Source: Pirellulales bacterium (GTDB lineage: Bacteria; Planctomycetota; Planctomycetia; Pirellulales; UBA1268). Taken from it: a stretch of DNA of 38,895 nucleotides. The stretch is from positions 1 to 38,895 of the forward strand of contig JBIIYN010000001.1 of assembly GCA_044346795.1 (NCBI GenBank), given 5' to 3'. The position numbers and the translations under genes were made by a program. Shown here one piece after another: positions 23,168-29,735 of the stretch; position 1 is the first letter of the stretch, and every line of letters starts with the position of its first letter. The notes under the pieces were generated by a model. The model made no database searches. It had not been told where the DNA came from and was given only the letters and a program-made list of their open reading frames with translations.

Positions 23168-24520
23168 ATGCTGACCATCTCAGGACGTTCGACCGGCCGA
23201 TTCTGCGACGGCATGACCCGCCGCTCGATGCTGCAGATCGGCAGTCTGGGTGTCGGCGGCCTCACGCTGGGCGACCTGCTGCGAAACGATGCGCTGGCGT
23301 CCACGGGAGTGGCCGCAGGCCCGGCCCCGAAGGCCAAGTCGGTCATCAACATCATCCTCTTGGGCGGGATTTCCCACATCGACTCGTTCGACCTGAAGCC
23401 CGACGCCCCGAGCGAGATTCGGGGCGTTTTCCAGCCGATCCACACGAACGTGCCCGGGATCGACATCTGCGAACTCCTGCCGAAGGTCGCCCAGCACGCC
23501 GACAAGTTTTCGATCGTCCGGTCGATGCACGGCTTCGTCAACGAGCACACCGACAGCCAGGCCGATTCCGGCTGGCCGACGGCGGCCAAGCGACCCGGGA
23601 TCGGAGCGGTCGTGTCGAAGGTTCTCGGCCCGTCGGATGCCTGCCCCATCAGTTCGGTCTCGCTGGGCTCCACGTTCCTGCCCCGCGGTCCCCTGACTTC
23701 CCCGGGTTACCTCGGGAGTGAGTGGAAGGATTTCGAGCCGTTCGGCCCCGGCAATCCTGGCGGGCAGGCGCCGAAGATGTCCGACAGCCTGCAGATGAAT
23801 CTGCCGAAGGACCGGTTCGCCTCGCGGACGGAGCTGCTGTCCCGGCTCGAATCGCTTCAGCAGCGGATCGAGGGCCGGAGCGACTATTCCTCCGCCGACG
23901 CATTCACCAAGAAGGCGATGGACGTGGTGCTCAGCGGCTCGATGGCCGAGGCGCTCGACATCGAGAAGGAGTCGCCGAGGACTCTCGCAGCCTACGGCCT
24001 CGACAAGGGCCGCAACGGGCGACAGGTGTTCCTCATGGCCCGCCGGCTGGTCGAGGCCGGCGTCCGGGTCGTGACGACCGCGTTCGGCGCCTGGGACACG
24101 CACTACGACAACTTCGGCGAGATGAAGCGGAAGCTGCCCGACCTCGACATCGGCTTGAGCGGGCTCCTCTCGGACCTGCACGACCGCGGCATGCTCGAAG
24201 AGACGCTCGTGATCGTGACGACCGAGTTTGGCCGGGCGCCGCGGGTTGATGCCGGCAACGGCACGGGCCCCGGCCGCACCCACTGGCCGTCGGCCGGCAC
24301 GTTCCTCATCGCCGGCGGCGGCACGCGGATGGGGCAGGTGGTCGGCTCGACGAACCGGCTGGGCGAGATGCCAGAGAACGATCCCGTCCATCTGCAGGAG
24401 TTCTTCGCGACCGTGTACCGCCAACTCGGGATCGACGTGAACTCCGTCATGCTGCACGACACAGCCGGCCGTCCGCATGCCCTGGTCGATCACCGGCGGG
24501 TGGTCGAGGATCTGATCTGA
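23168..24520 (+). CDS. DUF1501 domain protein, 450 aa
   Basis: In frame with ORF 22940..24520. ATG 23168 lies 8 nt after GGAGAG. N-terminus MLTISGRSTGRFCDGMTRRSMLQIGSLGVGGLTL (Tat-like), then LLGGISHIDSFDLKP, EIRGVFQPIHTNVPGIDICE, WDTHYDNF, TEFGRAPRVD and STNRLGE. Confidence 0.9.
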   Translation: MLTISGRSTGRFCDGMTRRSMLQIGSLGVGGLTLGDLLRNDALASTGVAAGPAPKAKSVINIILLGGISHIDSFDLKPDAPSEIRGVFQPIHTNVPGIDICELLPKVAQHADKFSIVRSMHGFVNEHTDSQADSGWPTAAKRPGIGAVVSKVLGPSDACPISSVSLGSTFLPRGPLTSPGYLGSEWKDFEPFGPGNPGGQAPKMSDSLQMNLPKDRFASRTELLSRLESLQQRIEGRSDYSSADAFTKKAMDVVLSGSMAEALDIEKESPRTLAAYGLDKGRNGRQVFLMARRLVEAGVRVVTTAFGAWDTHYDNFGEMKRKLPDLDIGLSGLLSDLHDRGMLEETLVIVTTEFGRAPRVDAGNGTGPGRTHWPSAGTFLIAGGGTRMGQVVGSTNRLGEMPENDPVHLQEFFATVYRQLGIDVNSVMLHDTAGRPHALVDHRRVVEDLI

Positions 24521-24556
24521 GGGGGCGACGCTCCCGGCCCGACGCGCCGGAGGCGG

Positions 24557-25759
24557 TCAGCGGTCACCGGAGGTGGCCACGCCGGCGGCGCCCAGGCCCA
24601 TGACGCGGTATTCGTGGCCCGCGCTCCGCGGGTTGCGGTCGGCGAGGACCTCGAAGACCACGCGGTGTTTGCCGGGCGCGAGATCCCGGGCCAGCTGCTG
24701 CGTCCGGCGGTATCCGCCCCAGGTCATCTCGTACCAGGCGTCGCGGACCAGCGGCGGCCGGTCGTCGACCTGCATACGCACCATCCCCATCGGCCCGTTG
24801 ATGTGCCAGTCGTCGGCGAGGATGACGCGGCCCTCGATCTCGAAGGCGATGCGGCTGCCCGGGCGGTCGCTCCTCCACGAGCGGGTCTCGGGGTCGTAGG
24901 CCCAGCCGTCGTTGACGACCGGACGCAGGTCGGCGGCATCGACGAGCGACACGTGCTCGAAGAGATCTCCGAGGAGCGGCGGGGGGACGGCGGCCACCGG
25001 CGGAAGCCGGCCATCGTCAGGGAGCCGCCGCAGCAGCGGTTCGAGGGCGGCCGTGAGAAACCTGGCCGCGTAGGCATGGCCCCGGTCGTTCGGATGCACC
25101 TGATCGTCCTCCACGTCCTCCCACCTCAGGCGGCCCGCCTGGATCTCGGGCCACAGGGCGTCGCGCAGGCTCACCATCGGGAGCCCGTAGTGCCGGCCGA
25201 CCTTGCCGTGCCACTCCTGCGCGTTGCCGCCGTCGCGGTGCATCATGAACAGGAGCATGACCGCCGGCCGGCCGGGCTGCCGGAGGATCTGCCGCACGAG
25301 CCCCTCGAGCGTCTCCGCGCACGACTCGAGGTCAGGGTCGTTGACACCGTATTCCACCACCACGACGTCGGGCCGGTGGCCGAGGAGGTCCCGCCGGGCC
25401 CGGAGGGCCCCGTAGTTGGAGCCGGTGGCGCCGATGCCGGCGTTGACCAGCTCGATCCGCGACTTCGGAAACGTCTCCCGCCACCACCGGGCGAAGAGGT
25501 TGGCGTAGTTCTTCTCCTTCACGGAGGCCCTCGCGCCGGCCGTGATCGATCCGCCGATGACGGCGACGGTGACCGGCTCGCCGCGGCGGGCCTTCGCGAG
25601 GGCCTGGCAGAGCCGCGCCGGATCACCCGCCGCCACGAGGGAGCGGCCGACGATGTCGTCGTCGGTCTGGGCGGCCAGCCGCCGGTCGCCGGCGGGCGAG
25701 AGGAGGATGGCGGCCAGCAGGACGACGCCGGCGGGAAGGCGGTGCGGGATCGATCGCAT
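24557..25759 (-). CDS. Secreted SGNH/GDSL-type hydrolase with ~140-aa C-terminal extension, 400 aa
   Basis: This is the C-terminal 400 codons of the run-on ORF 24557..27499. ATG 25757-25759 lies 9 nt after GGAG. Signal peptide present. SGNH blocks are VAVIGGSITAG (block I Ser), NAGIGATGS (block II), VEYGVND (block III) and DDQVHPND (block V Asp..His). Confidence 0.85.
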   Translation of the reverse strand: MRSIPHRLPAGVVLLAAILLSPAGDRRLAAQTDDDIVGRSLVAAGDPARLCQALAKARRGEPVTVAVIGGSITAGARASVKEKNYANLFARWWRETFPKSRIELVNAGIGATGSNYGALRARRDLLGHRPDVVVVEYGVNDPDLESCAETLEGLVRQILRQPGRPAVMLLFMMHRDGGNAQEWHGKVGRHYGLPMVSLRDALWPEIQAGRLRWEDVEDDQVHPNDRGHAYAARFLTAALEPLLRRLPDDGRLPPVAAVPPPLLGDLFEHVSLVDAADLRPVVNDGWAYDPETRSWRSDRPGSRIAFEIEGRVILADDWHINGPMGMVRMQVDDRPPLVRDAWYEMTWGGYRRTQQLARDLAPGKHRVVFEVLADRNPRSAGHEYRVMGLGAAGVATSGDR

Positions 25760-26038
25760 GGGACGGGCTCCGTTGGTGTCGTCAGCCGCCGGGCGAGGCG
25801 GCCCGGCCATCCCGACGCCGGGGACGAGCATACCCGGGGCGGGGGCCTCGGGGGGTGGGGCCGGCCCGCCGGGCGGCGTCGGACCGCGGGATTTTCCGCG
25901 GGATACGGACCCTCGGCCCGCCGGCCGTAACATTTCGGCCGGCGCGGACATAATCTCTGGGAGAGAGCAGGTTTCGGGATGTCGCGGATCGTCCCGGCCC
26001 GTGGTCCCGAGAATCCGTTTCCTGCGAGGAGTCACGCC

Positions 26039-27430
26039 ATGCATCTGGCCCGCCGCACGCTCCTGAAGACGCTTCCTGCCGTCATGGTCTCTCCGTACGT
26101 GGCCCCGCTGGTGGCGCGGGCGGCGGCGGAGGCCGCGGGTGAGAAGCCGATGCGGTTCGTGTTTTTGGTGGAGGGGAACGGCCTCTGGCCCGAGCACACG
26201 TATCCGAAGGGTTTCAAGCGGAAGGAGATGAAGAACCCGCGGGGCGGCGACCATCACTTCGAGACGGTCAACGGGGAGGAGGATCTGATCGACCGGCCGT
26301 TGGGCGGTCCGGACGGTCAGTTGCCCGACGCGGTCGCGCCGCTGGAGAAGCATGTCTCGCGGCTGACGCTGCTGACGGGTCTGTCGGGCCGCGTGGCGGG
26401 CGGCGGCCACGGGAACGGCCACGGTGCGCTCGGAGCCTATCCGGCGGTGGCCGGTCCGAAGGACGTGACGATCGACTGCGCGTTGGCGAAGACGTCTCCG
26501 GCGATCCGCCAGATCGTGTCTCTGGGTTTCCAGAATGATCCGGCGAACGCGCCGTCGATGTTCCAGGGTTTTTCGGCGTACGGCCCCAATCAAAAGGTGT
26601 CGGTCATCCAGGATCCGGTGCTGGCGCACAAGGTTCTCTTCGGAAAGCTGGTGGGCGGCGATCCGAAGGGGGAGGTGGGTTCGCAGTCTCTGGTGCTCGA
26701 CGCGGTGGCGGAGGACATCCATCGGGTCAAGGGACTGTTGCCCGGCGAGGAGGGGCGGAAGCTGGAGCGGATGGCCGACGCGTTCGCGACGATCCGTCGG
26801 CGGCAGTCCCGTTTGGGCGAGATCGACCCGGGTCGGATTCCGGCGCTTCGTCCCGAGTTCCATGGCACCAAGTCCGAGACGACGCGGATGGAGGCGCACG
26901 TGGAGTTGGCGGCGACGGCGTTGCTGACGGGACTGACGAACGCTGTCACGCTCTGCTCGGGGACGGGGTATCCGACCTGGAAGAGCCTGGGGATCGATAT
27001 CGACACGCACTCGATCGGGCATCAGGCGAACGATCCGAAGGCGCAGGCGTTGCGGGTGAAGATCCGGCAGTTCAACGCCGGTCTGATCGCGAAGCTCGTC
27101 GACATGCTGGACTCGGTTCCGGAAGGTTCCGGAACGATGATGGACAACACCCTGATCGTGTACCTGAGCGACTCGGCCGAGACGCACCACTCCGTCTGCA
27201 TGGAGTGGCCGATGGTGCTGGTGGGCGACCTGGGCGGGCGGCTGAAGCTCGGCGGCAGGTTCATCAACGTGCCGAAGTACGGCTCGGCGGGCCACCGGAC
27301 GGTGGCGCAGTTCTACACGGCGCTGCTGCATGCGGCCGGGGCGCCGGTGAACCACTTCGGCATGAAGGATCGCTTCCTGCTGGAGGCGGGCCTCGACCAG
27401 CGGGAGCCCTGGACGCACGTGCTGGCCTGA
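26039..27430 (+). CDS. DUF1552 domain protein, 463 aa
   Basis: In frame with ORF 25979..27430. ATG 26039 lies 9 nt after GAGGAG. Tat-like MHLARRTLLKTLP, then FVFLVEGNG, THSIGHQ, LIVYLSDSAETHH and FYTALLHAAG blocks in the order expected for DUF1552. Confidence 0.85.
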   Translation: MHLARRTLLKTLPAVMVSPYVAPLVARAAAEAAGEKPMRFVFLVEGNGLWPEHTYPKGFKRKEMKNPRGGDHHFETVNGEEDLIDRPLGGPDGQLPDAVAPLEKHVSRLTLLTGLSGRVAGGGHGNGHGALGAYPAVAGPKDVTIDCALAKTSPAIRQIVSLGFQNDPANAPSMFQGFSAYGPNQKVSVIQDPVLAHKVLFGKLVGGDPKGEVGSQSLVLDAVAEDIHRVKGLLPGEEGRKLERMADAFATIRRRQSRLGEIDPGRIPALRPEFHGTKSETTRMEAHVELAATALLTGLTNAVTLCSGTGYPTWKSLGIDIDTHSIGHQANDPKAQALRVKIRQFNAGLIAKLVDMLDSVPEGSGTMMDNTLIVYLSDSAETHHSVCMEWPMVLVGDLGGRLKLGGRFINVPKYGSAGHRTVAQFYTALLHAAGAPVNHFGMKDRFLLEAGLDQREPWTHVLA

Positions 27431-27458
27431 TCCGGCCGCCGTCCATCGCGGGCCTGGA

Positions 27459-29735
27459 ATGGAGGGCGGAATGGAGAAGCGGATCGGCGGCCGTTTCATC
27501 GTGGTGCGGGGCGGCGGGGTGGCCCTTGCCGTGATGGCGATGCTGCTGCCCGCCGCGGCCCGCGGCGAGTTCCGGCATGCGCTCGTGATCGGGCAGTCGA
27601 CCTACAAGACCGGCACGCTCGCGGCGCCGTCCGGCGACGTGGCGGCGGTGGCCGGCGCCCTCGCGACGCAGGGCTTCACGGTCACCAAGGCCGAGAACCT
27701 GGCCACGGTGAAGGATCTCGGGGACGCGGTGCAGGCCTTCTCGAGGACGGTGCCGACGGGCGGCACGGCGCTGGTCTATTTCTCGGGCCACGCCATGACC
27801 ATGCCGGTGGCGACCGGCACGAATCCGCCGCGGAGCGACACGGGGCTCGTGGCGCTCGACGGCCGGCCACTGCCGCTGGCCGCCGTGCTGAGGCCACTGG
27901 TCGTGCCGGCCTACGCGCCGTACGGCCACGGCTGGCCGGGAGTCGTGAGCGGCAGCAGGATCAACGTCGTGATCCTCGACGCGGTTCCGCCGCCCACCCC
28001 GGCGACGCCGGCTGGAACGCCGTCCGTCTCCGGCACGGCCGCGCCGACCGTGGATCTGCTCGCCGACTCGTTCGTGGTGCTCCGGCCGGCCGATGCCGCC
28101 GGGGCCACCGCCGGGCCGTCGCCACTGGCCGGCAAGCTCGCGGCGGCGGTCGCCGCGGGGCGGACGCTCGACGCCACGCTCGCGGTCCTTTCCACCGGCA
28201 CGATGTCGTCGTTGGCCGCGGGGGAACTCGCGCGGCTGGCAGCCCCGGCGTCGAGGGCCGTGTCGCCCCCCGACACGCTCGCGGCCGGCACCAAGGCGGG
28301 GGAGGAGTGGGTGGACAAGCACGGCATCGTCTTCTGCTGGTGCCCGCCGGGAGGCTTCACGATCGGCAGCCCGCCGACCGAGCCCGAGCGGCAGAAGGAC
28401 GAGTCGCGGGCGGCGGTGTCGTTCGCCGAGGGCTTCTGGATGGCGAAGCACGAACTCTGCTACCGCGAGTGCCTGCCCCTGGGGGCGGCGGCCTTCATGG
28501 CCTCGGGCAGGCACAAGCTCCATCCCCTGAACATGGTGCCCGATCTCACGAAGCCGCTCGCGACGGCCAACGCCTCCGCGCCGGCCGGCTGGGAGTATGG
28601 CCTGCCGACGGAGGCCGAGTGGGAATATGCGGCCCGCGCCGGCACGAACACGCCCTACTCGTTCGGCGACGATCCGGCCGACCTCGCCCGGCACGGCAAC
28701 TTCGCCGACAAAACGCTGCGGGAGGGCGACGTGCGGAGCGAGGCCAGCAGCGGCAGCGGCGACCGACAGACGGGCATCTTCGCCTACGCCCACCCGACGT
28801 GGAGCGACTCGAGCGCCACGATGGCCCGGGTGGGCAGCTACCTGCCGAATCCCTGGGGCTTGTGCGACATGCACGGCAACGTGGCGGAGATGACGAGCAC
28901 CACCTACGACGTCGTCAGGCTGGTGCCGTACGTGCCGGCCGAGAAGCGGGCGGAGTGGGAGGCCCGGCCCGACACCAAGAAACGGTACGGCAACGGCGCC
29001 GTCCACAAGGGCGGCAGTTGGGCGAGCGTCCCCGGCTCCTGCCGCTCGGCGTTCCGTGGCCTCTCCGCGGGCGGGGAACGGATCCAGGGCGTGCGGCTGG
29101 TGCTGCGGCGGAAGGCCACGGCGGTGCCGCCGCCGCCCACCCGGTGGACGCCGCTGGTGCCGACCGCGGTCGCGACGAGCGGCGGCGCGACGGCGACGCC
29201 GTCCCCCGACGGCACGGTGCTCGTCTCGGGCACCGCCGTCGCGGGCGACACCTACACGGTCACCTGCCCGGTGCCCGGCGGCATCGAGCCGCTCGCGGTC
29301 AAGCTCGAGGCGCTCGGCGATCCGTCGCTGCCCAAGCAGGGGCCGGGACGCGCCGGGGACGGCGGCTTCTGGATCGCCGAGGTCGCCATCACCGCGGATC
29401 GTGGCGGCGCGACGGCGGCGATCACGCCGCTCGACGTGCGGTCGGACCTGCCGAGCCCGCCGGCCGGCCATCTCCTCGACGGCAAGCCCGAGACGGCCTG
29501 GGGCGGCGGCGGCGGCAAGCCGTACGAGGTCGTCTTCACGATCGGCCTGCCGTCCCGGACGGGCCATGACGCCGCCCAGTGGCGGTACCCGATCGAGAGC
29601 CTGAAGCAGGGACCGCCGTCCCCGATCACGCTCACGATCGCCCATCGCAAGGATGGCCCGGCGACGCTCGGAAAGTTCCGCATTTCGGCGCTCCACGAGG
29701 AGCCCGCCGCCGCCCGTCAGGAGACCGCGCGATGA
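27459..29735 (+). CDS. Secreted fusion: caspase-like (peptidase C14) domain lacking the catalytic Cys + FGE/SUMF1-like domain lacking the Cys pair + C-terminal GPGR..LGKFRIS module, 758 aa
   Basis: ATG 27459; an alternative ATG 27471 lies 5 nt after GGAGGG. C14-like blocks are HALVIGQSTYK...ALVYFSGHA...VVILDAV. FGE-like blocks are FCWCPPGGFTIGSP, LPTEAEWEYAARAGT, NPWGLCDMHGNVAEM, KGGSWAS and GVRLVLRR. The C-terminal ~205 aa carry LPKQGPGRAGDGGFWIAE..DGKPETAW..LGKFRISAL. Confidence 0.85.
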   Translation: MEGGMEKRIGGRFIVVRGGGVALAVMAMLLPAAARGEFRHALVIGQSTYKTGTLAAPSGDVAAVAGALATQGFTVTKAENLATVKDLGDAVQAFSRTVPTGGTALVYFSGHAMTMPVATGTNPPRSDTGLVALDGRPLPLAAVLRPLVVPAYAPYGHGWPGVVSGSRINVVILDAVPPPTPATPAGTPSVSGTAAPTVDLLADSFVVLRPADAAGATAGPSPLAGKLAAAVAAGRTLDATLAVLSTGTMSSLAAGELARLAAPASRAVSPPDTLAAGTKAGEEWVDKHGIVFCWCPPGGFTIGSPPTEPERQKDESRAAVSFAEGFWMAKHELCYRECLPLGAAAFMASGRHKLHPLNMVPDLTKPLATANASAPAGWEYGLPTEAEWEYAARAGTNTPYSFGDDPADLARHGNFADKTLREGDVRSEASSGSGDRQTGIFAYAHPTWSDSSATMARVGSYLPNPWGLCDMHGNVAEMTSTTYDVVRLVPYVPAEKRAEWEARPDTKKRYGNGAVHKGGSWASVPGSCRSAFRGLSAGGERIQGVRLVLRRKATAVPPPPTRWTPLVPTAVATSGGATATPSPDGTVLVSGTAVAGDTYTVTCPVPGGIEPLAVKLEALGDPSLPKQGPGRAGDGGFWIAEVAITADRGGATAAITPLDVRSDLPSPPAGHLLDGKPETAWGGGGGKPYEVVFTIGLPSRTGHDAAQWRYPIESLKQGPPSPITLTIAHRKDGPATLGKFRISALHEEPAAARQETAR

